Assembly (NCBI GenBank): GCA_965261225.1
Contig: OZ253456.1
Coordinates: 2,106,762 to 2,170,761, forward strand
Origin: Dehalococcoidia bacterium
GTDB taxonomy: Bacteria > Chloroflexota > Dehalococcoidia > Bin125
DNA: 64,000 bases
Reading direction: 5' to 3'
Positions 20,711 through 30,262 of this stretch are shown one piece after another (position 1 is the stretch's first letter; each line of letters starts with the position of its first letter). The notes below the pieces were generated by a model. It ran no database searches, was not told where the DNA came from, and was given only the letters and a program-made list of their open reading frames with translations. The position numbers were made by a program, and so were the translations under genes.

Positions 20711-22717
20711 TTACTGCTCGTCGGCCTCTTCCTCCATCGGCTCCGGAGCGTCGTCGTAGAGGTGGACTTCGATCTGCCATTCCGTGATGCCGGAGCCTGC
20801 GCCCTCGGGTTGGAGCAGGACACGCCAGACTCCGGCTGGCCCAGGTGAATCTTCAGGGGTAATGAACACGGCGCTGGCGAGGCATGGAGCCGCAGTCTGG
20901 CAGTTTGCGATGACCCTTCCGGAGACCTCGATCTGTTCGTCGCTATCGAAGACGAAGAGTCGCGCGGTGCTTCCGTCGAGACCGATGACCGAGGCGACGA
21001 TTTCGAAGATGCCGTCGCTATCGCTGACGAGCAGCGCACCGTTCTCGCCGATTTCGCTGCCGATTCCCAGCAGCGTTGGTACCAGGCCATCCTCAGTGAT
21101 CACCCCGCGCAGGCTGAGATCCGCCATTGGAGTGGGCAGACTGGCGCCCATGGCCATCGTTGACTCCTCCATCGCGGTATCCTCGGCCGGCGGCTCGCCG
21201 CCGATCTGGGTGACGGTCAAGATGTAGGGGCCGGTGCCCTCGTCTGCGTAGTCCTTGACGGTCAGGCTGATGATCCCGTCTTCGTCGGGCGTCAACGTCA
21301 GCGCCGAGTCGGTGCCGAACGGGCCGCCGCCGGTGTCGTCGTCGACGGCGTCCATGCCGCTGCCCTCGACGAGCAGAACCGTGTCAATGAGCAGACTCTG
21401 TGCCACGATATCGTATGTGGCTCCGGCACGCAGGGCCAGGTTGAAGCTGTCAGCATCGCCCGGAACGTCGATTGTTCCGACGAACGGCGCGTTGAACTCG
21501 AGCGGAGTCATCGCGTCCGCTTCGGACATTGACATCAGTGGCGCACTCGAGCTGATCTCGTAGGTCGGCTCGGAGTCCATTGCTTCGGAGGCGTCTTCCC
21601 GGCCATCATCCATCATCGCCGGTTGAGGAGAAATCACCAGGCGGTAGGGACCGACGCTATCGGGCGCGAGGCTGATGATGGTTGATCCGGCGATCACTGT
21701 TGAATCCTGCAGGACCTGACCATCCGCGTCGATCAACTGCAATACCGCGGGAGTATTCGAAGAGATTGACAGCGAGACGGTCTGGCCGGTGGCGTCGTCG
21801 CCCAGGAACAACTCAGCCGATCGCTGCATTGAGCCCACGCTGAGCACCTGCTCGGTGGAGGCGGTGTCCTGGTCGGCCATGCGCGCCGGCATGATTGCCC
21901 CGGGCGGCAAGCTGCGGGCCAGGTCGCCGGCGGAGACGTACCAGCCAAGCTGAACCATCGCGGCCGGGGCGATGCCGATCACGGTTCCGCCACCGTCGAC
22001 CAGAATCATGCCGACTGTGGCGCCGTACGGCTGCGCGTCGGTGCGTAGGAACGTGCGTTGCCCCGCCTCCCACTCTTCAATGCCGCTCAAGACGCCGGAG
22101 TAGACGGCGGGAAGCGCGTCTGCTTGATCGATCGGGCTGTAGCCGATCGTGAAGACGGACGAGCCGGGGCGAATGCCTTCGCCGTCGCCGAGGCGGGCGC
22201 CGGGTAGTCGACGCACCAGGGTAGCTTCAACCGGCCCCAGGTAGGCGATGCCGGTGAACTGGTCGCGACCCACGATCGGCAGGTCTTCCAGGATGTCGCC
22301 ATTGGAGAGCAGCACGTTGGCTACTGTCGCGCCGCGGAGTGAACTCTCATCAACCATGACATAGCCGTCGCTGATCACCAGGCCGGTGGCAACGGAGTCA
22401 TCTGTCATCACGAGCGCCAGGCTGGGGAAGACGATGCTGTATGCGGTGGCGCCTTCACCACCACCCGCGGCCTCGGGAGGAGGCTCAGGTCCGTCGTCTG
22501 CTGCTGGCGCTTGAGCGGCCGGCGCAGGAGCTGCGGCCGGCGCTGCCTGCTGTTCTTGCTGGGCCTGCCCTTGCTGAGACTGCTGTCCCTGCTCGTCTTC
22601 ATCGGTATCGCTGCCGACAAGGTCGCATGCGCTGAAGACCAGCGCTGCAGATACCAGAAGCGCGAACAACCACAGTCCGCGACGGTGCAGACCCTCGGTC
22701 AGCATGGATACGTTCAT
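20711..22717 (-). CDS. secreted lipoprotein with a catalytically inactive HtrA/trypsin-like domain and two PPC (pre-peptidase C-terminal) domains
   Basis: Signal peptide with lipobox VFSAC. The S1C-like segment (..VISDGYVMVD..FLRTDAQPYGATVGMILVDGGGTVIGI) lacks the catalytic His and the GNSGGP Ser. Two C-terminal PPC-like repeats (SFNLALRAGATYDIV.., TGPYILTVT). Confidence 0.55.
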   Translation of the reverse strand: MNVSMLTEGLHRRGLWLFALLVSAALVFSACDLVGSDTDEDEQGQQSQQGQAQQEQQAAPAAAPAPAAQAPAADDGPEPPPEAAGGGEGATAYSIVFPSLALVMTDDSVATGLVISDGYVMVDESSLRGATVANVLLSNGDILEDLPIVGRDQFTGIAYLGPVEATLVRRLPGARLGDGEGIRPGSSVFTIGYSPIDQADALPAVYSGVLSGIEEWEAGQRTFLRTDAQPYGATVGMILVDGGGTVIGIAPAAMVQLGWYVSAGDLARSLPPGAIMPARMADQDTASTEQVLSVGSMQRSAELFLGDDATGQTVSLSISSNTPAVLQLIDADGQVLQDSTVIAGSTIISLAPDSVGPYRLVISPQPAMMDDGREDASEAMDSEPTYEISSSAPLMSMSEADAMTPLEFNAPFVGTIDVPGDADSFNLALRAGATYDIVAQSLLIDTVLLVEGSGMDAVDDDTGGGPFGTDSALTLTPDEDGIISLTVKDYADEGTGPYILTVTQIGGEPPAEDTAMEESTMAMGASLPTPMADLSLRGVITEDGLVPTLLGIGSEIGENGALLVSDSDGIFEIVASVIGLDGSTARLFVFDSDEQIEVSGRVIANCQTAAPCLASAVFITPEDSPGPAGVWRVLLQPEGAGSGITEWQIEVHLYDDAPEPMEEEADEQ

Positions 22718-22900
22718 CTCGGCTCCCGTCGCTGTCGCGGCGCGGCTGGACGGCGTTGGGCCAGCGTCTCAGCGCTTCACAGGCGTGTGGATTGTTATCG
22801 GATTGTATCTCACGTCACCGTTCACCAATCGCGCGAACAGGCGCGATACTGGCAGTGTCGGTGAGTCGAACGGCACAGCTGAAGGGAATGGAGCAGCCTC

Positions 22901-23233
22901 ATGCAATACATCCTGCTGATACGCCTTGCGCCCGAAGGACTCGACGCCACGCTCGCAAATCCGCGCGCGCCGTTGGACGCTGAGCGGAGCATCGCTGTGC
23001 CCGGTGTCAGCGCCCTGGGAATTTATGCGGTGCTGGGACCGTACGACTTCACAGCGATCATCGACGCGCCCGATAACGATGCGGCGGCGCGCTGGTCGAT
23101 TGCCTTCGGGGCGAAAATTCGCGGCGAGATTACGACCATGCCGGCCGTGCCGATCTCGCATCTGCAGGATCGTGGAGGCGCGGTGGAGACCGAGCAGACA
23201 TCGGAGCCGTTGCCGGGGCAGGCCCGCAGTTAA
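22901..23233 (+). CDS. GYD domain protein
   Basis: 110 aa with the GPYDF motif, and GGAG 8 nt upstream of the ATG. Confidence 0.7.
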   Translation: MQYILLIRLAPEGLDATLANPRAPLDAERSIAVPGVSALGIYAVLGPYDFTAIIDAPDNDAAARWSIAFGAKIRGEITTMPAVPISHLQDRGGAVETEQTSEPLPGQARS

Positions 23234-23284
23234 GCAATCTCCAGGAAATAGGCACCGCGGCCCGCGGGCCTGTTCACACCGCCG

Positions 23285-23600
23285 ACGATGTGTTCGGTCG
23301 AGGCGTGTGTTGTGGTCATGGGCGGTTTCAGGTTTTCGGTTGGACTTTTTTTCCTGGGGTGGTTCGGGGGCGATCTCCCGTGCATGGCTGGAGATCGTGG
23401 TTCAGCTCTTTCAGGTTTTTTCAGGTTTTTTCAGGTTTTTTCGGTCTGGTTGAAGGAATGCTGGTCGGTTGTTGTTGTGATTCGTTCGGATCTGTGCGGA
23501 TTGGGAGGGACCGGTTCGCTGGGTTGTCGCGCTGTGCGCGGTGGTTGGCGGGTGTTCGAGGGCGTACCGAGTTATGGCTGGACGTAGGGTTGAGATTGGC
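23285..23600 (+). other. G+T-skewed tract (almost no A, few C on the + strand) containing TTTTCAGG tandem repeats
   Basis: Direct reading: ..ggtttcaggttttcgg..ctttcaggttttttcaggttttttcaggttttttcgg.. The overlapping ORFs translate as G/F/V/W low complexity and are not credible. Confidence 0.5.
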
Positions 23601-23689
23601 TCCGCCTTTCACGCGCATATATGTTCTGATACTAGCGTGGCTCGGCAGGGTCGGAGCTGAGGCGCAGGGATTGGTCTGGGGTTGGCCAT

Positions 23690-24015
23690 CGCGAGCGTTC
23701 TGTGTGAACAGGCCTTGGCGGAGCCCCCTTTTGGGCCGCCGATAGGGCTGGGGGCAGGCGTTCGGCAGCTTCCCCCCCAGGAAACCTTTGAGAAACTCCC
23801 CTTCTCCTCCCTTGCGGAGACCTTTGCAACAGTGTCGGATCGGCACGAGCAGCACCGTCATACCCGCGCTTGCCCCCGCATCACGTGCGGGGCAGGCTGC
23901 GGGTATCTCGCTGATTCGAGTACTGACGTCTGTGCTGAACGCGGCGAAATTGCCGCGACGGAGCGCGGCAATGACGGAATGGGGACTTTCGCAACGGTCT
24001 CCATGGGGGGGAGGG
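23690..24015. repeat. nested palindromic element whose arms are ~40-bp GCAAAGGTCTCC..GGGGGGAG units and whose core is the hairpin CGTCATACCCGCG..GCGGGTATCTCG
   Basis: Left arm 23770-23840 and right arm 23975-24015 are reverse complements. It abuts the 3' end of tRNA-Thr. Confidence 0.7.
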
Positions 24016-24019
24016 GATC

Positions 24020-24094
24020 TGGAGCCGGCGGGGGGATTCGAACCCTCGGCCTACGGTTTACGAAACCGTTGCTCTACCACTGAGCTACGCCGGC
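24020..24094 (-). tRNA. tRNA-Thr (anticodon CGT)
   Basis: Manual fold: acceptor GCCGGCG/CGCCGGC, D-arm GCTC-AGTGGTA-GAGC, anticodon stem ACGGT/ACCGT with loop TTCGTAA, T-arm GAGGG-TTCGAAT-CCCCC, discriminator T, encoded CCA. Confidence 0.85.
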
Positions 24095-24249
24095 CCGTCC
24101 GAAGGGACACGACTCTGAGCGTATCGCAAGAGTCGGCGATCTTCTAAACAGCTGCTGTAGTTTGCTCAGCGGGAATCTGTTCATTGGCTGTTGCGACTGT
24201 GGGCGGATGTTCGATTGAAGCATGGATGATGTATAGGCATCTTCACTAG

Positions 24250-24951
24250 ATGGAGCGATCTCCATCGAGGCTGCCCTATGGTGCGAATATGTTCCGATTG
24301 ACGGTGTCGACGGTCGATGACGAATTCATCACGCCGATACGCCCGGCGCTGGAGCGTGCTGGGTTGCAGGTGGTTCGCTACATCCCGGCTGAGGGCAGCG
24401 AGCCGGATCCGGCGGCGGCGCCCGACGTGCTTTTGTTGGATTGGCGTCATGCCGTGCCGGTGTCGCGAGCGGCAGAGGTCGAGGCCTGGCCCGAGGCGAT
24501 GCGGCTTGCGGCGTTGCGTCCGGGCGACACGCAGCTGCTGGGTCCCACGCAGGAATTGGACGACTTCGTTCTCGCTCCGGTGCATGACGCCGAGCTGGTG
24601 GCTCGCGTCCAATTAGTGCTCTGGCGACATGGCCGCGCGTTGACCCGCAACACGCTGGAGGCCGGCGACCTGGTGGTAGATACGTCCAACTACCAGGTCT
24701 TCGAGGGCGGACGCTCTGTCCCCTTGACGTTCAAGGAGTTCGAGCTCTTGCGTTTCCTGATCACGCACAACCAGCAGGTGTTCACGCGGGAAACGCTGCT
24801 CAATCGGGTCTGGGGCTACAACTACTACGGTGGCTCGCGGACGGTTGACGTGCATATCCGGCGGCTGCGGTCGAAGCTGGAGTCGGGTGGTCAACGCTAC
24901 GTCGAGACGGTGCGTAATGTGGGTTATCGGTTCGCGTTGCCGCTGCGTTAG
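24250..24951 (+). CDS. atypical OmpR-family response regulator (GlnR-like orphan; receiver lacks the conserved T/K)
   Basis: The C-terminal winged helix (LTFKEFELLRFLITHNQQVFTRETLLNRVWG..VDVHIRRLRSKLE) is a clear trans_reg_C domain. The N-terminal receiver retains DD and the LLLD aspartate but not the Thr/Lys residues. It lies immediately upstream of glnA. The start may be the internal MFRLTV. Confidence 0.7.
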   Translation: MERSPSRLPYGANMFRLTVSTVDDEFITPIRPALERAGLQVVRYIPAEGSEPDPAAAPDVLLLDWRHAVPVSRAAEVEAWPEAMRLAALRPGDTQLLGPTQELDDFVLAPVHDAELVARVQLVLWRHGRALTRNTLEAGDLVVDTSNYQVFEGGRSVPLTFKEFELLRFLITHNQQVFTRETLLNRVWGYNYYGGSRTVDVHIRRLRSKLESGGQRYVETVRNVGYRFALPLR

Positions 24952-24984
24952 CAAGTACCCAACCGTCATCCGCCCAGAGCTCTC

Positions 24985-25215
24985 CCAATGGAGACCTGTG
25001 CAAAAGTCTGATCATCGCGATGAGGAAGATGCTCCCTCTCCCTCAGGGAGAGGGCTGGGGTGAGGGTTCCTCAGTCCGTCTATCTGGTGGTCGCCGCTCT
25101 TTGCCCACGCCCTGCCCCTCTCCCTAACCCTCTCCCAGAGGGAGAGGGGACCGGAATCAGACCGCAGGTGATTTACGCGCAGCTCTCCAAAGGGGGAGGT
25201 TGTTGTTTGCAGGCG
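24985..25215. repeat. GC-rich palindromic element (CTCTCCCTCAGGGAGAGGG / CTCTCCCAGAGGGAGAGGGG hairpins)
   Basis: Read directly from the sequence. Confidence 0.65.
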
Positions 25216-25268
25216 CGGAGAGATAAGCCGGATACAGAAGATGGCTCCACGGCACGCCGTGTGAGGGC

Positions 25269-25284
25269 GTAACTCAGGTGTAAC
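25269..25284. promoter_or_regulatory. GTAAC-N6-GTAAC direct repeat ~150 bp upstream of glnA, matching the actinobacterial GlnR-box pattern (GTnAC-n6-GnAAC)
   Basis: Read directly: GTAACtcaggtGTAAC. The function is inferred from the adjacent GlnR-like regulator and glnA. Confidence 0.4.
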
Positions 25285-25435
25285 TCAAGAGCGTCGGGTG
25301 CAGCCAGCGCTGGTCATAGGATGATTCCCAGCAATCATTGATGCTGCGTGGCAGGCGGCAGCGCTCGCGTGCGACACCAACCGGCCCCCGATTTGCCCAT
25401 GCAGCAGCGAGCAGACCAGAGAGAGGCATGAGCCG

Positions 25436-26854
25436 ATGGCAACCCTTGTTGAGATTCAGGCGCTGATTCAGGATCAGGGCATCCGCCGCGTTGACCTGCT
25501 GGTGACCGACCTGATCGGTCGCTGGCAGCACTTCAGCATTCCCTCGTCCAGGGTCGATGAGGACCTGGTCGAGCGCGGCCAGGGCTTCGACGGATCGTCG
25601 CTGCGCGGCTTCCAGAGCATCGACGAGTCGGACATGCTGCTGCGCCCCGACCTCGACTCGGCTCGGATCGACCCGACCGAGAACGTACCGACGCTGAAAT
25701 TCGTCTGCGACGTGCACGACCCGGTGACCGGCGGCCGCTACAGCCGCGACCCGCGCTATGTGGCGACGAAGGCCGAGCAGCATTTGATCGAGTCCGGCAT
25801 CGCCGACCAGGCGTTCTTCGGGCCCGAGCTCGAATTCTTCGTGTTCGACAACGTGCAGTTCGCCATGTCGATCAACGAGGCGTTCTACTCGATCGAATCC
25901 GACGAAGCCGACTGGAACAGTGGCCGCGACGAAGACGGCAACAACCTTGGCTACAAGATTCCGCCCAAGCAGGGCTACTCGCCGACTGCGCCGTTCGACA
26001 CGCTGAGCGACATCCGCTGGGAGATGGCCGACGCGATGGACGCGGTGGGGATGGAGTTGGAAGTCCATCACCACGAGGTGGCGACCGGTGGTCAGGGCGA
26101 GATCGCGACGCGTTTCAACACGCTGAAGATCAAGGCCGACGAGACGCAGTGGTACAAGCACATCGTGCGCAACGTGGCCAAGGCCCATGGCAAGACCGCG
26201 ACCTTCATGCCCAAGCCGCTGTACGGCGACAACGGCACGGGGATGCACTGCCACCAGTCATTGTGGAAGGACGGCGAGCCGCTGTTCTACGAGGCGGGCA
26301 AGTACGCGGAGCTGTCCGACACCGCGCGATATTACATCGGCGGTCTGCTCAAGCATGGCCCGGCGTTGCTCGCGTTCTGCGCTCCGACGACGAACTCCTA
26401 CAAGCGCCTGGTGCCGGGCTTTGAAGCGCCGATCTACCTCGCTTACTCGCAGCGAAACCGCTCCGCGGCGGTGCGGATTCCGACCTACGAGACCTCACCC
26501 AAGAGCAAGCGCCTCGAGTTCCGCCCGCCCGACGCGTCGGCCAACAGCTACCTCGCCTTCTCGGCGATGTTGATGGCCGGTCTGGACGGGATCAGGAACC
26601 AGATCGAGCCGGGCGATCCGGTCGACACGGACATCTACGAGCTGAGCGCCGAAGAGGCGGCCGGCATCCCGTCGGTGCCGCACTCGCTTGAGGGTTCGCT
26701 GCAAGCGCTGGATGCCGATCACGACTTCCTGATGGAAGGCGGCGTCTTCACGGACGACCTGATCGCGCATTACCGGGACTTCAAGCTGGCCGAGTCGCGT
26801 GACATCTTCATGCACCCGGTGCCTGCGGAGTTTTTCCACTACTACCACATCTAG
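25436..26854 (+). CDS. glnA: glutamine synthetase type I
   Basis: 472 aa with GSI signatures (..FDGSS.RGF..; KPLYGDNGTGMHCHQS). Confidence 0.9.
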   Translation: MATLVEIQALIQDQGIRRVDLLVTDLIGRWQHFSIPSSRVDEDLVERGQGFDGSSLRGFQSIDESDMLLRPDLDSARIDPTENVPTLKFVCDVHDPVTGGRYSRDPRYVATKAEQHLIESGIADQAFFGPELEFFVFDNVQFAMSINEAFYSIESDEADWNSGRDEDGNNLGYKIPPKQGYSPTAPFDTLSDIRWEMADAMDAVGMELEVHHHEVATGGQGEIATRFNTLKIKADETQWYKHIVRNVAKAHGKTATFMPKPLYGDNGTGMHCHQSLWKDGEPLFYEAGKYAELSDTARYYIGGLLKHGPALLAFCAPTTNSYKRLVPGFEAPIYLAYSQRNRSAAVRIPTYETSPKSKRLEFRPPDASANSYLAFSAMLMAGLDGIRNQIEPGDPVDTDIYELSAEEAAGIPSVPHSLEGSLQALDADHDFLMEGGVFTDDLIAHYRDFKLAESRDIFMHPVPAEFFHYYHI

Positions 26855-26859
26855 AACGA

Positions 26860-27010
26860 TTCTTTGCTCCCCCTTGCAGGGGGAGCTGCCGAAAGCTGAG
26901 GGGGCCACGTGCTGGAACACAGCGAGAGGGACCCCCTCCGTCCCCCGTTCAAGCCGGGGGCAGGCTGCTCCGCGACAGCTCCCCCTGCAAGGGGGAGCAA
27001 AGTTCAGAAC
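26860..27010. repeat. ~130-bp MITE-like palindrome with termini GCTCCCCCTTGCAGGGGGAGC
   Basis: 26872-26900 and 26968-26996 are reverse complements. It carries the GCTGCCGAAAGC motif. Confidence 0.75.
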
Positions 27011-27048
27011 CCACGTCGGCAGATTCTGTCCTGACAGGGTCGATCGCT

Positions 27049-28398
27049 ATGACCACCATCGACGCAGACCTCAACGCTCCGCCCAGTGAGCATCAGCATG
27101 TCCTGAACGCTTGTCGTGAGCATGATGTTCGCTTTGTCCGGCTTTGGTTTACGGACCTATTGGGTCTGTTGAAGTCGGTCGCGATCACGATTGACGAGCT
27201 TCCCCATGCGCTCGAGAAGGGCGTTGAGTTTGACGGCGCGTCGATTGAGGGCTTTGCCCGCCAGGATGAATCGGACATGGTCGCGCGGCCGGATCCGGAT
27301 ACGTTCGTAGTACTGCCCTGGCGTCCGCAGCAACATCGGGTCGCTCGCATGATCTGCGATGTCTACCGGCGCTCCGGCGAGCCGTTTGACGGCGATCCCC
27401 GGCGCGTACTGCGTCGCCAGTTGGAGTCGGCGCAACAGCGTGGGTTCACGTTCTACGTCGCGCCGCAGATTGAGTACTTTTACTTCCGCGCTGCGGATGA
27501 CCCGTCGCCGCTCGATTCGGGGGGCTATTTCGATCTCTCACCGCTCGACACCGCTTCGGACCTGCGCCGGGAAACGGTATTGACGCTGGAGGAGATGGGG
27601 ATCGGCGTTGAGTACTCGCATCACGAGGCGGCGCCGTCGCAGCACGAGATCGACCTGCGTTACACCGACGCGCTGACCATGGCCGACCAGGTGATGACGA
27701 CGCGGCTGGTGGTCAAGGAAGTCGCGATCAAACAGGGCGTCCACGCGACGTTTATGCCCAAGCCACTGAATGGGGTCAACGGTTCCGGGATGCACGTGTA
27801 TCTCTCGCTGTTCGACCACGAGCAGAATCTGTTCTACGAAGAGGGCGGCGGGCTGTCGGAGCTTGCGCGTTCCTTCCTGGCGGGGCTGCTGGCCTACACG
27901 CCTCAGTTCACGCTGATTACGAATCAGTGGTCGAACAGCTACAAGCGGCTGGCGCCGGGTACCGAGGCGCCCGTTTATCTGACGTGGTCACACGCCAACC
28001 AGTCCGACCTCGTGCGGATTCCCGAGTATGATCCTGCCGATTCCGAGTCGACCCGACTCGAGTATCGAGGCGCGGACTCAGCCACGAACCCGTACCTGGC
28101 GTTCTCGGCGTTCCTGGCGGCTGGACTGCAGGGCATTGACGAGGGACTTATCCCTCCGCCGCCGGCTGAGGACAACGTGTTCCTGCTCACACCCGAGCAA
28201 CGCGCCGCGCGCAACATCATCGAAATGCCGACCACCCAAGGCCGAGCGATTGACGCGTTCTCTTCGTCGGAGCTGATGAAGACCGTGTTGGGCGAGTACG
28301 TCTGGTCGACGGTGCTGCAGAACAAGCGCCTGGAGTGGGACGAGTACCGGTCGCAGGTGACGGACTACGAGCTCAAGCGGTACCTGGCGGTTTTGTAG
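27049..28398 (+). CDS. second glutamine synthetase (GSI-like paralog, GlnA2-type)
   Basis: 449 aa with the same fold signatures (KPLNGVNGSGMHVYLS). Confidence 0.85.
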   Translation: MTTIDADLNAPPSEHQHVLNACREHDVRFVRLWFTDLLGLLKSVAITIDELPHALEKGVEFDGASIEGFARQDESDMVARPDPDTFVVLPWRPQQHRVARMICDVYRRSGEPFDGDPRRVLRRQLESAQQRGFTFYVAPQIEYFYFRAADDPSPLDSGGYFDLSPLDTASDLRRETVLTLEEMGIGVEYSHHEAAPSQHEIDLRYTDALTMADQVMTTRLVVKEVAIKQGVHATFMPKPLNGVNGSGMHVYLSLFDHEQNLFYEEGGGLSELARSFLAGLLAYTPQFTLITNQWSNSYKRLAPGTEAPVYLTWSHANQSDLVRIPEYDPADSESTRLEYRGADSATNPYLAFSAFLAAGLQGIDEGLIPPPPAEDNVFLLTPEQRAARNIIEMPTTQGRAIDAFSSSELMKTVLGEYVWSTVLQNKRLEWDEYRSQVTDYELKRYLAVL

Positions 28399-28399
28399 G

Positions 28400-28700
28400 C
28401 GCAGTACGACCTCCCCTTCGGAAGCCTGTCTCAGAAGTCTGCCTCCATGTACGGACTCCCAGTCCCCGCTTCACGCGGGGACCCGATCCCTCTGCGCCCG
28501 AAACACCGCCAGCAGATAGACCGTGCCCCCCGGAGCGGGTCCCCGCGTGAAGCGGGGACTGAGAATTTCGACTTCTGAGACGCTCTCTTGGGTGGGAGGT
28601 GTCACAACGTGACGGAGGGAGACCCCGGCGCCTTGGCGCGGCGGCCCCCTCGGGCGCTTCGCGCCAGCTCCCCCAAGGGGGGAGCTCTTTTGGGACCTAC
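28400..28700. repeat. long palindromic element containing GTCCCCGCTTCACGCGGGGAC / GTCCCCGCGTGAAGCGGGGAC hairpins
   Basis: Arms CTGTCTCAGAAGTC / GACTTCTGAGACG. There is a second family copy at 41645-41790. Confidence 0.7.
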
Positions 28701-30262
28701 TTGCCCACCGTTGCCGCTGAGAGTGCTGCGGCCTGCTCGAAGAGGACTTCGGTTGAGCTGTGGACGACTTCGAAGAGTGGCGTCGGGTAGAGGCCGATGA
28801 AGAGGACTCCGGCGACGAGGACGACCAAGGCGCCCGCCAGCGGTCGTGAGACGTGGAAGCGCTCGCGGTCGGAGCCTTCCGGCTCGTAGAGGTACATCTG
28901 CTTGATCACCATCAGGTAGTAGTAGAGCGAGACGAACGAGGCGGTCACGCCGATCGCGCCGAGCCAGAGGAAGCCGTTGTTGAAGGCGGCCTGGAAGATG
29001 ATGAACTTGGTCGCGAAGCCGGCGAACAGCGGCATTCCGGCCAGCGAGAAGAGCGCGGCGGCGATCACGAAGGCGAGGAAGGGCTGCCGTTCCGCCATGC
29101 CTCGCAAGTCGACGATGTCGTCGCGTCCGGTGCGGTTGTAGAACGCGATGATCGCGGCAAAGACCGCGATGTTGGTCGTCACGTAACCGATCAGGTGCAG
29201 CACCAACGCCGACGCAGCGTCATGCGATTGCGAGATGTTGGCGGCGTTGAGCGCCACGATTCCGATGAGCAAGTAGCCGACCTGCGAAATCGACGAGTAA
29301 GCCATCAGTCGCTTGAAGTTGGTCTGTTGCAGCGCCATCAGGTTTCCGACGATCATGGTGAGCGCGGCGAGGATGCCGACGAACCAGACCCATTCGTCTG
29401 CGGCGGGCAGGAAGGCTTCGGTAAAGAGTCGCAGGAAGAATGCGAAGGCCGCGGCCTTGCCACCGGCGCTGAGGAATGCGGTGATCGGCAGCGGCGCACC
29501 CTGGTAAGCGTCGGGCGTCCATTGGTGGAAGGGCACGGCCGAGACTTTGAAGCCGAGGCCGGCGGTGATCAGCACGAGGCCGATCAGCAGGCCGGGTCGC
29601 GCGCCGTCGGGGTCGACGCCGCCAGCGAGTCCGGCGAAGGAGGCGAGCTGTTCGGCGATGTTGCGTCCGGCGGCGACGCCATCGGGCTCGATGCCCGAGT
29701 AGAGCGTCGTGCCGGTGACGCCGTAGATCAGCGAGATGCCGTAGAGCATCAGCGCCGAGGAGAAGGCGCCGAGCAGCATGTACTTGAGCGAGCCCTCATT
29801 GGAGAAGGGATTGAGCTTGTTGAATCCGACCAGGATGTAGAAGCTGAAGGAGAGCAGCTCGAGCGAGAGGTAGGCCGTGAGCAGCTCGCGTGAGGCGGCC
29901 AAGAGCATCATGCCCAGCGTGGCGAAGATGATCAGCCCGTAGAACTCGGCGTGATTCTTGAGCCGGTCGCCGGCGAATTGCACGGCGGCCATGACGGTGA
30001 AGAAGGCGATGCCGAGGAAGAAGACGCGGAAGAGGACCGTGAAGTGATCGACCGCGAGGACGTTGCCAAAGTCGTCGTGGGTGTTCCAGTAGGCGATCGC
30101 GGTGACGACGGCGAGGATGGCCAGCGCGGCAGCGGTCGCGTAGCCGAACCACTTCTGATCGACGTTGCGGAACGCCAATGCAGCGGCAATGATGACCACG
30201 GCCAAGCCGGCCATGACGAGTTCGGGAATGATCAGTTGATATTCAAGATCCATCAGGGTCAC
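28697..30262 (-). CDS. nuoN: NADH-quinone oxidoreductase subunit N
   Basis: 521 aa polytopic antiporter-like subunit, last of the nuo array. Confidence 0.85.
   Translation of the reverse strand: MTLMDLEYQLIIPELVMAGLAVVIIAAALAFRNVDQKWFGYATAAALAILAVVTAIAYWNTHDDFGNVLAVDHFTVLFRVFFLGIAFFTVMAAVQFAGDRLKNHAEFYGLIIFATLGMMLLAASRELLTAYLSLELLSFSFYILVGFNKLNPFSNEGSLKYMLLGAFSSALMLYGISLIYGVTGTTLYSGIEPDGVAAGRNIAEQLASFAGLAGGVDPDGARPGLLIGLVLITAGLGFKVSAVPFHQWTPDAYQGAPLPITAFLSAGGKAAAFAFFLRLFTEAFLPAADEWVWFVGILAALTMIVGNLMALQQTNFKRLMAYSSISQVGYLLIGIVALNAANISQSHDAASALVLHLIGYVTTNIAVFAAIIAFYNRTGRDDIVDLRGMAERQPFLAFVIAAALFSLAGMPLFAGFATKFIIFQAAFNNGFLWLGAIGVTASFVSLYYYLMVIKQMYLYEPEGSDRERFHVSRPLAGALVVLVAGVLFIGLYPTPLFEVVHSSTEVLFEQAAALSAATVGK

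Noticed and set aside
23236-23265. Terminator after the GYD gene (GGCCCGCGGGCC palindrome)
   Set aside because: The palindrome has essentially no loop and is not followed by a T-tract. Support for it as an intrinsic terminator is weak.
23288-23745. ORFs 23288..23587 and 23290..23745 as G/F/W-rich small membrane proteins
   Set aside because: The amino-acid composition is a direct artefact of the G+T-only DNA. There is no RBS or start context, so the region is treated as noncoding.
25216-25435. Glutamine riboswitch in the glnA leader
   Set aside because: I could not identify the conserved glnA-motif elements by eye. I have left it as an untested possibility rather than a call.
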